64,000 nucleotides of DNA from Bryobacterales bacterium (GTDB taxonomy: Bacteria > Acidobacteriota > Terriglobia > Bryobacterales > UBA6623). The stretch's first letter is position 1. The number at the start of each line of letters is the position of its first letter. The notes beneath the pieces were generated by a model that worked only from the letters and a program-made list of their open reading frames with translations, ran no database searches and was not told the DNA's origin. Location of the stretch: positions 1,696,001-1,760,000 of the forward strand of contig OY729427.2 of the NCBI GenBank assembly GCA_963422375.2, in the 5' to 3' direction. This document shows positions 35,328 to 46,182 of the stretch, in pieces. The position numbers and the translations under genes were made by a program.

Positions 35328-35455
35328 CCAGGATTGATGAACGACCGTACATCCTCCGGCGGTTTTGAGGCCGGGCGGAAGTGCGCTCGCGCGGCGTCTC
35401 CGAGGAAGCTGGTAGGTGGAAACCGGCCTATCGCGGGAGTCGCCTGTGGTCGCGG

Positions 35456-36792
35456 CTAAGGACTTTGATCGATATTAAGTTTCCAACTTCATCGTGGATG
35501 TAGTTCGTAGTTCCAATCACCGTGGAACTCGTTCGGATGGAGCGACAGGGCGTCCATCTCCGCCTTCGTTACTGCCTCACCGGTCGGGTACTTTCTATTG
35601 TCAAGTTCGGCTTTGACCCGAAGGCCGGCGGCTGTTCGCGTACCGCCGATCAAGTCGACAATGGTCTCAAATGCACGCAGTGGCTTGCCTCGCCAATTCT
35701 GCGTGACGTGGCAGAACAGGCGGTGCTCAATCTTATTCCATTTACTGGTCCCCGGCGGGAAGCGGCTGACGCGGATGCGAAGACATGTCTCGTCAGCGAA
35801 CTTCTGCAGTCGATGCTTCCAGGCGCACTTCCAGGCGCGAGCGCGATACCCGTTGCTACCGCCCGCATCCGCAGTGATGAACAGCTCGCCAGCCTCGGGG
35901 TAGCGGCGCTTCCCCGTCTCGTTCCACCACCGTCGCAGCGAGGCCGCGGCAAACGCGGGCGTGTCGTGATCACGTCCGACATTCACCCATGCTTCGTTGC
36001 GCCCCATGTCATGGATGCCATACGGCATCGCTTTGCCGGACGAGTCCTTGGGAAAATCATGCACCAGTGATTTCCCGGGGCTCCCCTGCGGTTGCCATGC
36101 CCGCCCGCCGTTCTTGAATTCACCCGCCAGTTCCTTCTTCTCGGTGTCGACCGAGACCACCGGCTGACAACGTTGCGGGAAATCATCCGCCTTCGTATGG
36201 ATGTGCTCGAACTGCGCGTCCCGGTCGGGGCGGGTTGTCCCTTCGAGACTCTTGCGCACCGATTGCAGGCTGCAGCCAAGCTCGTGCAGTGAACGGCTCG
36301 CCGTCGTCGAACTCACCTGCCAACCCGCCTGCGACAACGCCGCCTGCGACAACGCCGCGGTGAGCTTCGCCCGACTCTTGCATGTCCAGCGCAACGGCGA
36401 CTCCGGGTCACCGCGCGTCAACGGGTCCACCAGCTTCTCCAGCGCTTGCTCGATGCCCGGCCGCGACTGCTCGATGCCGGGCCGGGCGGCGCCCGGGCGG
36501 CGTATCCGACCGCGTTCAACACTGCCGGATTCCAGCTCTCGACGCCCCGCGCGGATGGCGCGGATGGTCGGGCGCGACAACCCAGTCGCGTCCGATACCA
36601 GCGCATCTCCCCCATACCCGATGGCACGCGACTCCGTCGCCGCCCATAGCCGACGCCCGCGCTCGTCGAGAAACGCTTCCACCGCCGCGTACTGCTCAAC
36701 AATTGTCGCTTCGAGTTCAAGATTGCGTCTCATCGGATGACGAGAACACAAAACTCAGAACATGGAAATCTAATTCCCGACAACGTCCTAAG
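35456..36792 (-). mobile_element. ISAzo13-family element; transposase ORF 35489-36733 is open but altered
   Basis: LDERGRRLWAA, GDPESPLRWTCKS, VSVDTEKKE, DHDT, TADAGGSNG, PPGTSKWNKIEHRLF, FHGDWNY; imperfect IRs at about 35456-35488 and 36761-36792. Confidence 0.9.
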
Positions 36793-37109
36793 CGATGCTA
36801 CCAAGCTGGTCCCCGGTCACCCTTCTAGGCCGAGAGTGCCTGCGCAGGGCGCAGGTCGCACGCGAATAGTCCGGCCTGGACTTGCCGGTGTCACAAGGCT
36901 CACCGTGGAGTACCGCTGCCCGTTTACTGAAGGCGTCAAGAGTCTTCTCCATGGATAACCCCAGTACTTGAATGCACTTCGCCGGCGTGAAAAACGCGGC
37001 GACCCGCGCCGGTGTCCGCTTCAGTTACTCCAATTTATCGGCCAACGTGTCTTCGAAGACATCTATTTTCTTGACTTTCTGCTGGAGAACTCTTCTCTTT
37101 ACCAGTTAC

Positions 37110-37941
37110 TATAGTGTCTCCAATGAGTTCAATTTCGGGATTAATTCCTGATCGATTTCTCGAGTGCGATGGTGCTGCGCCGAACCTGGCAGCGCGTGAT
37201 CTCGGCGAACCAGCGCTCGACTTTGTCGAGCCACGAAGCGCTGGTCGGCGTGTAGCGCAGGTGGTAGTGCGGGCCGCGGGACAGCCAGTTGTGGATCATG
37301 ACCGTCTCGTGCGGGCTGTAGTTGTCCAGCGCGAGATGGATGTCCAAGCCGGGAGGGACCGCCTTGTCGACGATCGCGAGGAACTGCTTGAAATCAAGGG
37401 CCCGGTGGCGGCGGAAACACTTGCCGATGGCCTCGCCGGTGGCGGCGTTGAGGTCCGCGAAGAGCGACGCGACCCCGTTGTGCTTGCAGTCTTGCGTCAG
37501 CCGCGTCGGTGCCCTGGCCGTATCGGCAGGACCGGCCGGGTGCGATCAAGCGCCGGGATCCGCGTGGCCCCGTGCGGCACGGACTCCAGCGTGCGGGTAA
37601 CCACGTGCTCCACGTCCGCGCCGGCTGCTGACGCTGCGCCCCGGGGCCGCACGCGGCACGTCCAGCAGAGCGTCGCAGCCGTGCGCCGAGAAGTGTTGTC
37701 GCCGCCACTTGCCAACCGTGGCACGGGTGGTCCTGAGCTGGCCTGCCACGGCGATGTCGCTCTGCCCCTTGGCGCACTTCAGGAGCATGCGCGCCTGCAA
37801 GGCCAGTGCATGGAAAGTCATCCGGCGGCTCGACCAGCACAGCAGATCCTCGCGCCGCTCCTGAATCGGCACCGGCACTACTCTGGTGTTGTGGTTCGGG
37901 ATGGTGCCTACCGATTCCATCCTACCAAGACGATCATCTAG
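37110..37941 (-). mobile_element. IS630-family transposase remnant
   Basis: ALQARMLLKCAKG..TVGKWRR (HTH) and IHLALDNYSPH..YTPTSASWLDKVERWFAEIT (DDE_3); deleted and frameshifted. Confidence 0.85.
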
Positions 37942-37944
37942 TGG

Positions 37945-38254
37945 TCAAGAATCTTCGGAGAAGGCCAATAGTATGTAGTTGCCAAGGCGCAAGGTGCTCA
38001 GGTCGCACACATCGGCTCATATCAAGTCATTGGTGGGACTTCCATATGAATAACTCATGCTGAATTCTAGAATAAATTTCCGACACTTCTCACGATATCT
38101 GGCCGAATTCTTAGAATATTTCTGGATAGAAAATCCGAATGGAACAGATTTGCTGTATAGGAATCACGGCTTGAAAATGATGTACGATGATATTTCTGAA
38201 GAAGAGGAGTGTAGTCAGTTGTTAGAATCAAGAACTTATTTTCGTTGCGTCTGA
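37945..38254 (+). pseudogene. AT-rich, heavily decayed IS1595-like transposase C-terminal relic
   Basis: INFRHFSRYLAEF matches the IS1595 'S.KHL.RYLAEF' motif. Confidence 0.4.
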
Positions 38255-38311
38255 ATCCGCTGACGACAGGGATAATCTTGATATCAGTTTCGCTATCCCC
38301 CGCTTTGATTA

Positions 38312-39661
38312 GGGAATTATATATCTGAGTGCCGACAACGCCATGTCCGACTAGAACTGCTGTGAGCAGGGAGGTCGGTGTCGAGCTCGGGTCATTCGAG
38401 TGCGGCCGCGATGGGCACAGAGGGGTGGGATCGTCTCTGAATCGAACCTGCCAGCGGATTGGACGAGGAACGGACTAGAGAGGCCGCCGCGCATGCCCCG
38501 GTGGAACCCGGTTGGCGGTGGCAGGGCACCCCTTGCAAGCCGCTTGCAGGCCCTGCGAGGGCCGAAGACAGCGGATCCCCGGCGCTCGACGGCCTGCATG
38601 GACGGGCCGGGCCGGGGTCGCGCCGGGGCATTCCGGATCCGGTGCGCCCCTCGCACCGAGCGTGCAGCGCACCGAGCGTGAAGAGTGCGCCCGCAGCGGG
38701 CTGCCGCGCTCGGCGCGGCGGGTGCCGCTCGGGCCGCGACCGCGGCCTTGCCGGTCAGCTGCCGGTAGGTCAGCGTCCGGCCGACCAAGCCCCGCGCCAT
38801 GCGCCGCATCCGTTCCGCCGTGTCGCAGTCGCGGTCGTTGCACCGTCCCGCGAACTCCGTCAGGTAGCGACCCGGATGACGGACGCTCATCCGCTGATAG
38901 GTGCCGTACAGGCCGCGCTTGAACAGGGACCAAAACGATTCGATGCCGTTCGCATGCGCTGCCCCGCGCACGTACTCGCCGCCGGAGGAGTGCCTGACGG
39001 CTTCGTGCGGGAACTCCTCCATGCCGGCGCAGGCCGCCGCCTCGTCGGAGCGGACCTGCGCCCCCGGCGCGACGCGGGCGCGCACGAAGCCCTGCAGGTC
39101 GCCCTTGGCGGTGCCCGGCAGCGGCCGCGCGGCCGCTGCGTTCGTGGCGCGGTCCCGCGCCCCCGCCACCGGGGTCTTGCCGACGGGCCCGCGCCCGGCG
39201 CGGGCCTTCTTGCTCTCGCGCTTGTTGCGCTCCTTGCCGCCGACGTAGGTCTCGTCCACCTCCACCGGGCCGGCGAACAGGCCCTGATCCCGCTCCCGGC
39301 ACGCGCGGATGCGGTGCGCCAGGTGCCGGGCCGACTTCCGGCTGATGCCCGGGTCGCGGTGCAGCTTCATGCTCGAGACGCCCTTGATGCCGGTGGTCAG
39401 CAGGAACAGGGAGACGGCCCGGGTGCGGTAGCCGAGCTCGGTGTCGGCCATCACGCTGCCGGCGCGCACGGAAAAGCGCTTGCCGCAGCCGCGGCAACGG
39501 TACGGCATCGAAGGGTGGGCCGAGCCGGACTGCACGCTGGAGCCGAGGCAGTGGGGGCACGCGGGACCGTCCGGCCAGCGCATGGCAGCGAACCATCTTT
39601 CCGCGGATTCGTCATCGGGGAACATGGCGATCACTTCGATCAAGGTGATGCCTTTACGAAA
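38312..39661 (-). mobile_element. IS1595 type 2, copy B (5'-truncated by another type-2 end)
   Basis: Right TIR at 38312. The transposase retains DETYVGG and ESFWSLFKRG and is cut just upstream of FRKGITL at 39661. Confidence 0.9.
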
Positions 39662-39791
39662 GGGAATTATATATCTGAGTGCCGAGGGAACCAATTCGGC
39701 AAATTATCATGCGAGCCTTTTGCAAGAATTCCGAGCTAATAGCATTATCATTTAGTTATTCTATTAAGTATTCTATATAATAAATAAAATA
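39662..39791 (+). mobile_element. isolated left end of a type-2-like IS1595
   Basis: GGGAATTATATATCTGAGTGCCGAGGGAACCAATTCGGCAAATTATCA matches the left ends for about 48 bp, then unrelated AT-rich DNA. Confidence 0.8.
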
Positions 39792-40857
39792 CCTGATTAC
39801 CAACGAACATAAGCCGAGAATATTCTATACTGGAGGAGGTCGAAAATCTTTGATAAGAAAGGGGATAGCAGATGAAACGCAATCACTTGTAATTCCAGAA
39901 GGGACTCAGTCTGGGCAAGTTCTGGGCAAGTTACTGCAGCGCTACGGCAGCGCTACGGCAGCGAGGGGCCATGCGAGCAGGCCGTCTTCAAGGCCCGCTG
40001 GCCGGACGGCTTCCGCTGCCCGGAGTGCGGCTCCCGCCGGCACTGCCGCATCCGCTCCCGCAAGCTCCGGCAGTGCCATGCCTGCCACCGCCGGACCTCC
40101 CTCGTCGCCGGCACGATCTGCGCCGCCACCCAGCTGCCGCTGACCGTCCGGTTGCTGGCGCTCCACCTGCTGACGCAGGGCCAGCACGGCGTTTCGTCGC
40201 TGGAACTGGCGCGGCAGCTGGGCGTGAGCCGGAACACGGCTTGGAAGGTGCAGCACAAGCTCCTGCAAGTGATGCAGGAGCGCGACGAGCGCGTGCCGCG
40301 GGCGGCATCGTGCAGGTGGACGACGCCTACCGGGGCGGGGAGCGGAGCGGCGGCAAGCGCGGGCGCGGCGCGGCGGGCAAGACGCCGTTCGTCGCCGCCG
40401 TGCAGGTCACCGTGCAGGTCAGCGCCGCCGGCCAGCCGGCAAGGATGCGCATGAGCAGCGTGGCGGGCTTCCGCAAGAAGATGCTGGCAGCATGGGCCGG
40501 GCGGCACTTGCAGCCCGGCACGGAGGTGCATTCCGACGGCCCGGCCTGCTGCCGGGGCGTGGCCGACGCCGGCTGCGAGCACGTGCCGACCGTCACCGGA
40601 GGCGGGCAGCGGAGCTGCGGGGATTCCCGCTTCTTCCGGGTCCACACGATGCTGGCGAACGTCAAGCGGTCCCTGGCGGGAACCTGCCATGCGCTCGACG
40701 GCAAGCACCTGCCGCGGTACCTCGCCGAGTTCCGCTACCGCTTCAACCGCCGCTACGATCTGCAGGTGCTGGTCCCCCGCCTGCTCCACGCCTCCGTGCG
40801 CACCCCGCCCAAGCCTTACCGCCTCCTAACCTTGGCTGAGTCTTGTGGGTAATCAGG
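39792..40857 (+). mobile_element. IS1595 type 1, copy 2 (pseudogenised, no TSD)
   Basis: Both TIRs are present; early TAA stop and tandem duplications; flanks ATAAAATA/TTGTGAAA differ. Confidence 0.92.
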
Positions 40858-40870
40858 TTGTGAAATAAAG

Positions 40871-42421
40871 GGGAATTATATATCTGAGTGCCGACAACGC
40901 CATGTCCGACTAGAACTGCTGTGAGCAGGGAGGTCGGTGTCGAGCGCGGGGCATTCGAGTGCGGCCGCGGCGGGCACGGAGGGGTGGGATCGTATCTGAA
41001 TCGAGCCTGCCAGCGGATTTGACGAGCAACGGACTAGAGAGGCCACCGCGCATGCCCCGGTGGAACCCGGTTGGCGGTGGCAGGGCACCCCTTGCAAGCC
41101 GATTGCAGGCCCTGCGAGGGCCGAAGACAGCGGATCCCCGGCGCTCGACGGCCTGCATGGACGGTCCGGGCCGGACTGGGGTCGCACCGGGGCATGCCGG
41201 ATCCGGTGCGCCCCTCGTACCGAGCGTGAAGCGCACCGAGCGCACCGAGCGTGAAGAGCGCGCCCGCAGCGGGCTGCCGCGCTCAGCGCGGCGGGCGCCG
41301 CTCGGGCCGCGACCGCGGCCTTGCCGGTCAGCTGCCGGTAGGTCAGCGTCCGGCCGACCAAGCCCCGCGCCATGCGCCGCATCCGTTCCGCCGTTGTTCC
41401 GCCGTGTCGCAGTCGCGGTCGTTGCGCCGTCCCGCGAACTCCGTGAGGTAGCGGCCGAGATGACGGACGCTCATCCGGTGATAGGTTCCGTACAGGCCGC
41501 GCTTGAACAGGGACCCAAACGATTCGATGCCGTTCGTATGCGCTGCCCCGCGCACGTACTCGCCGCCGGAGTGCCTGACGGCTAGTGCCTGACGGCTTCG
41601 TGCGGGAACTCCGCCATGCCGGCGCAGGCCGCCGCCTCGTCGGAGCGGACCTGCGCCCCCGGCGCGACGCGGGCGGGCGCGAAGCCCTGCAGGTCGCCCT
41701 TGGCGGTGCCCGGCAGCGGCCGCGCGGCCGCTGCGTTCGTGGCGCGGTCCCGCGCGCCCGCCACCGGGGTCTTGCCGACGGGCCCGCGCCCGGCGCGGGC
41801 CTTCTTCCTCTCGTGCTTGTTGCGTTCCTTGCCGCCGACGCAGGTCTCGTCCACCTCCGCCGGGCCGGCGAACAGGCCCTGATCCCGCTCCCGGCACGCA
41901 CGGATGCGGTGCGCCAGGTGCCAGGCCGACTTCCGGCTGATGCCCAGGTCGCGGTGCAGCTTCATGCTCGAGACGCCCTTGATGCCGGTGGTCAGCAGGA
42001 ACAGGGCGACGGCCCGGGTGCGGTAGCCGAGCTTGGTGTCGGCCGTCACGCTGCCGGTGCGCACCGAAAAGCGCTTGCCGCAGCCGCGGCAACGGTACGG
42101 CATCGAAGGGTGGGCCGCGTCGGACTGCACGCTGGAGCCGCGGCAGCGGGGGCACGCGGGACCGTCCGGCCAGCGCATGGAGGCGAACCACTTTTCCGCG
42201 GATTCGTCATCGGGGAACATGGCGATCACTTCGATCAATGTGATGCCTTTACGGAACCACTTTCCGGGACCTGGTTTCTTCATTTACGACATCCCATACT
42301 GGAACTATTCTACCAAGAAATACCACAGAATGTCAACGGAAAATCGGAAGAAATATGAAATCTTATTATGGCTTGATAATTTGCCGACTTGATTCCCTCG
42401 GCACTCAGATATATAATTCCC
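40871..42421 (-). mobile_element. IS1595 type 2, copy C
   Basis: Both TIRs; perfect TSD AAATAAAG (40863-40870, 42422-42429). Transposase starts at 42283 and is broken by a 14-bp duplication at 41571. Confidence 0.94.
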
Positions 42422-42480
42422 AAATAAAGCCGTTCTGGCCTTTTCACCGATTTCTTATCCGGTGATCAGGGTCGATATCG

Positions 42481-42514
42481 ACGCAGGCGGCCTCCCACGG
42501 GAGGCCCGCCGCGT
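42481..42514. terminator. GC-rich hairpin downstream of the PL8 gene
   Basis: GGCGGCCTCCC-ac-GGGAGGCCCGCC stem; no clear U-tract. Confidence 0.35.
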
Positions 42515-42574
42515 CTAGGCCTTGACCGGCCGCGCGTTCGAGCTAGCTGCTCCCTGCGCGAGCAGGACCGCCGC

Positions 42575-45250
42575 TCACGGACAGGCGCCGCCGTCGATCA
42601 GTCCGACCTCGGCTCCGAGACCGTCCCTGACCTGCAGTCTGAGCGCGGTGTCCCCGCTCCTCGCCGCGACCTCGGTTCCGGGCTGCGAGTCGCTTAGGCA
42701 CCACTTGCCGCGGAGGACGAGTTCCAAGGTGTGCGGCGGCGCAACTTGACGTTCGAAACGCTCCGAACCGTAATCGACGCCCTGCACCGCGATGCGCTCC
42801 TTGTTGAACCTCCAGCCAATGTCTGGCACGCTGGCGGCCATGCGCACGCTGTCCGCGCCCTGCTGCACGATCACCGCCGCGTGGTGGCTGGCACTGCGAA
42901 CGAACTCGCCGGGCGGGGTCTCGACAAGCTCGTAGAAGGCATAGCCGCTAATCCCGTGTGCCGGGAAACGAACCAAGTGCATGCCGTCGGACTGCACGAT
43001 CCGGTAGTAGGCGCCGGGGTTGCCCGCGAGTTCCTGCAGCTTCCGGGCGTCCTCGTCGGCCGGTATCAGCACGTACTGGTAGCTGTGGCCCTCCGGCCTC
43101 ATACCGTGGTCGAGATAGGCCTGCGCGAAGGCGCCTTCGTTGGCCTCGAACTCTTCAGACATGCTCTTCTGCAGGCTCCGGGTGACCACGAGGTCCGCCG
43201 TGCTGGCAGCGAGAAAGTAGCTGTTGCCCACGCTGTCGACCATCGTCGCGGGACGGCTTCCGGGTTCCCGGAGATTGACGCCGAGCCCGGTTAGCGTCGT
43301 GCCGTTGAGGCCGGTCGCGGCGTTTGCCTCCGCTAGGCGCGTCTGGAAGATTGCTGTGTGCGTCGCGTGAGTCGGCGTGCCGCCGTGAATGTCGGTCCCT
43401 AGGGCCAGGACCCTGTCCCCTACGAAGAAATACGTCTTGCGCGCCCGCAGGTCGGTCGGAGCAATAAACGGCACGCCTTCTAGGTCCTGCGCGAAAAGCC
43501 CGTGATCGCCGAGCGTGACGCCGCCCACGAAGGTCTTGGAGTTGTAATTGCGCTGGGGATGCTTCAGACGGATGCCTTGGGCTCTCTGGAGTTCCTGCAC
43601 CCCCTGGCGCGTGCGGCTCTCGATCGGGTAGTGGCTGGCAGTAGTGCCCGGGACGTGATACCAGTCCCAGCCGTTGTCGAGATCGTAACCGGAGCCCAGC
43701 GCGCTGACCGGGGAGCCGGCGCTAAAGACCTGTAGCAGGCCGTAGGGCCAGTTTTGGCCGAAGCTATTCTCGCGGGTGCGTAACGGGGCCTCGAAGTCCC
43801 AGAAGTACTGGCTGAATCCCTTGGCCGTAACCAGCCAGTCGCCGCGGCGGAAGAATGCGGCTGCGGCGTAGGGCTTGATCCAGACGCCTTCCGGTATGGG
43901 GGCGGCCGCCTTCCCCGGACCCAGCAGATCGGCGAGCATGCGGTAGATCCCGAAGCCGCGGATCGGCACGCCGCGCTGCCCCTCGAAGTACCGGTGCCTG
44001 CCTGCCTCCGGCCACAGGCGCGGCCGGTCGAAAAACTCGCGCAGGCGAGCCTGCATCGCGAAATCGTTCGCTCCCTCCGGGTGCGCTAGGAAGGCCATGG
44101 CCTTGGAGATGGCGGTTGCCGCCCGCTCGCCGTTCGGGCCGATCAGCCGCCCCTGCAGAGCCGGCGTAACCGAATACTTCTGCACCATCGCGCGGTACGA
44201 CTCGAGCGCCAGCCGGACGGCCGCAACGTTCTCGGGCGTGTAGCAGCCCAAGCCCTTCGCGAGGTAGAGCAGCTGCGCGAAGGCCTCTAGGGCGTAAGGC
44301 CCGTAGGAGCCCATGTAGGCGGCCGCATGGTGGAAGGCCGTGCCGTCGGGCTTGATGATGCCCTGCGTTCCCGGCTTGACGGCCACATTCGCGGCGATCA
44401 CCCGCGCCAGCACGCCGGACATCTGGCTCCGCTCGGCCGGGTCGTCGATGAGCAGGAAATAAGGCCAGAAGTAGTCCACGAACAGTCGTACGCCGTCCGC
44501 ATTGAGATGGTTCCAGTCCTCGACCGGCAGCGGGTATTCGTGTATGACGGCCGCTTCCCGGCGAGCGCGCGGAAAAAACGCCGGGTACATCACGCCGTGA
44601 TTCACGACCATGTTGCGCACGACCGCGCGGTACTTGTCCAGCAGCCGCGCCCCGGCCAGGACCTCGCGCATCAGAAAGATGCCCTGAATGAATCCACCGA
44701 AGCGCAGCGAGACGGTGGACAGGTCGCCGGAAGGCCGGACGAGTCCCTCGGAAAGGGCCCGCCGACTGGCCCGACCGGCGTGATCCGGCATCCAAGCCGA
44801 TTCCGTCATGCCCCGGCTGTAACAGTACTCCAAGGCGCGGACATAGAGTTGCGCCAGCTCCGGATCGCGATAGTAGGGATTCGGCGCGGAGGCCGTGCCC
44901 GGCGTGCTGTAGGCGTAGGCGACTACCGGAAGAGCCTCGGAGAACAGCTCTAGGAACGCATTGTTTGCAGTGCGCACGGCAGCTTGGTTCGCGGCACTTT
45001 CTGCCGCGGTGCCCGTCTGCGATACGAAATAGACCTTCTGGTCCCCGCGTTCGTACGAAAACTCGGTGACCTTTCTCACGGCTCGGCGGAACATCGGCAG
45101 GACGGAGCGCCGCAGGACGCCTTCCGCAATGTCGACCTGCGAGTAGTCGCTCGGCTTGAACAGGAGCAGGTCGCTATATCTCGCGGCCAGTTCCTCCGGG
45201 CGGGGCGTGGCGCCCGCGAGCGCGGGCACTAGGAGCGCAAGGGCGAGCAT
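42575..45250 (-). CDS. polysaccharide lyase family 8, chondroitinase ABC-like, secreted
   Basis: Signal peptide; IKPDGTAFHH..Y..Y, GWDWYHVPGTT, FVGGV, ARKTYFF..LGTDI, AYLDHG..YQY. Confidence 0.85.
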   Translation of the reverse strand: MLALALLVPALAGATPRPEELAARYSDLLLFKPSDYSQVDIAEGVLRRSVLPMFRRAVRKVTEFSYERGDQKVYFVSQTGTAAESAANQAAVRTANNAFLELFSEALPVVAYAYSTPGTASAPNPYYRDPELAQLYVRALEYCYSRGMTESAWMPDHAGRASRRALSEGLVRPSGDLSTVSLRFGGFIQGIFLMREVLAGARLLDKYRAVVRNMVVNHGVMYPAFFPRARREAAVIHEYPLPVEDWNHLNADGVRLFVDYFWPYFLLIDDPAERSQMSGVLARVIAANVAVKPGTQGIIKPDGTAFHHAAAYMGSYGPYALEAFAQLLYLAKGLGCYTPENVAAVRLALESYRAMVQKYSVTPALQGRLIGPNGERAATAISKAMAFLAHPEGANDFAMQARLREFFDRPRLWPEAGRHRYFEGQRGVPIRGFGIYRMLADLLGPGKAAAPIPEGVWIKPYAAAAFFRRGDWLVTAKGFSQYFWDFEAPLRTRENSFGQNWPYGLLQVFSAGSPVSALGSGYDLDNGWDWYHVPGTTASHYPIESRTRQGVQELQRAQGIRLKHPQRNYNSKTFVGGVTLGDHGLFAQDLEGVPFIAPTDLRARKTYFFVGDRVLALGTDIHGGTPTHATHTAIFQTRLAEANAATGLNGTTLTGLGVNLREPGSRPATMVDSVGNSYFLAASTADLVVTRSLQKSMSEEFEANEGAFAQAYLDHGMRPEGHSYQYVLIPADEDARKLQELAGNPGAYYRIVQSDGMHLVRFPAHGISGYAFYELVETPPGEFVRSASHHAAVIVQQGADSVRMAASVPDIGWRFNKERIAVQGVDYGSERFERQVAPPHTLELVLRGKWCLSDSQPGTEVAARSGDTALRLQVRDGLGAEVGLIDGGACP

Positions 45251-45479
45251 GCCCGGCAGCCGCGGCGGCAGGGCAAGAAGACACCGAACATCGCGGCCTT
45301 GCAGTCCAGAAACCCGCTTCCAGACGCGACATTCCGGTGCTCGGCAAATTGCCGACACTAGCTCTAGCCGACTGCAGCGGCACTGCGTTCCGCCGGCACG
45401 CCACCCCCGCGTGCCAAGTCACGCCCTCGGAGCGCGACGCCGGGCATGACAATGCCGCTTCCATGTTAGCGGCCTTGAG

Positions 45480-45890
45480 CCCCGCTTAAGCAGCCGGAAA
45501 TCGCGAAAAATCTGGTTTCGACAGATTTTCGGGATCAGACTGACAATTCCCGCACAATCACCAAACTGACGCACCCGGTCCAAGACCGGTTTCCGGCGTG
45601 CCGCCGCGCCTCCCCCGGCAGCAGCTGGTACGGCAGCAGCCGCAGTAGCAACTGCGCGCTCTGCCCGCACAAGTGGAACGCCTGGTTCGCCGCGTACGAC
45701 TTGCATGGCGGATGGTGCAGCCCCCAGTCCGTCAGCGGCCCCTTCCGCGTGTTCTCCTGCCCCTGCTTGCTGCGATGCCCCCGCACCAGCTCCGCCACCG
45801 GCAGATCGTCGCGGCTGACCAGCATCACCGTGTACCGCGGCTCCAGCAGCCCCTGTTCCCCTGCGTACAACTGCCGCACCACCACGTACG
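45480..45890 (-). mobile_element. IS1380-family transposase C-terminal remnant
   Basis: ELVRGHRSKQGQEN.RKGPL.DWGLHHPPCKSYAANQAF resembles the IS1380 'Y..RG..EN.IKE.K.D......P...F.AN.A' motif. Confidence 0.65.
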
Positions 45891-45897
45891 CCTTTTA

Positions 45898-46182
45898 TGT
45901 TAGAGAGGTGCCGGAGAGAGGGATGGCCGCGACCGCCTCGGATCCTCTCTCCCTTGTGCCGCAGGTGGCGCAAGCCACCTCTGCGGCAGGTAACGGATCC
46001 CTCCCCGCCTCAGCGCGGGGAGGCCGCCGGAGGGGCCTGGCCAGGCCCCTCCGGCGGCGGCGGGTCGGACCGTACACGCCTTGGGTCCACGGACCCGTGG
46101 ACGAGCTTGGTCGGCCCGCCGCAACGCTTCCTGCGCGGCCTGCACGGAAGCATGGGGTAACCGCCCCGCAGGGCAAAAGGAA
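45898..46182. repeat. block of consecutive inverted repeats including a perfect 36-bp palindrome
   Basis: Stems at 45913-45952, 45957-45988 (GCAA loop), 46000-46023, 46023-46058 (perfect), about 46059-46122 and 46126-46151. Confidence 0.85.

Noticed and set aside
36447..36486. 21-bp imperfect repeat PGIEQSRPGIEQ in ISAzo13 counted as a new duplication
   Set aside because: It is imperfect and may be native to the family, and there is no sister copy here for comparison.
36960..37100. Possible second IS630 C-terminus (LKRTPARVAAFF)
   Set aside because: It is a single short motif with a stop codon, which is insufficient evidence.
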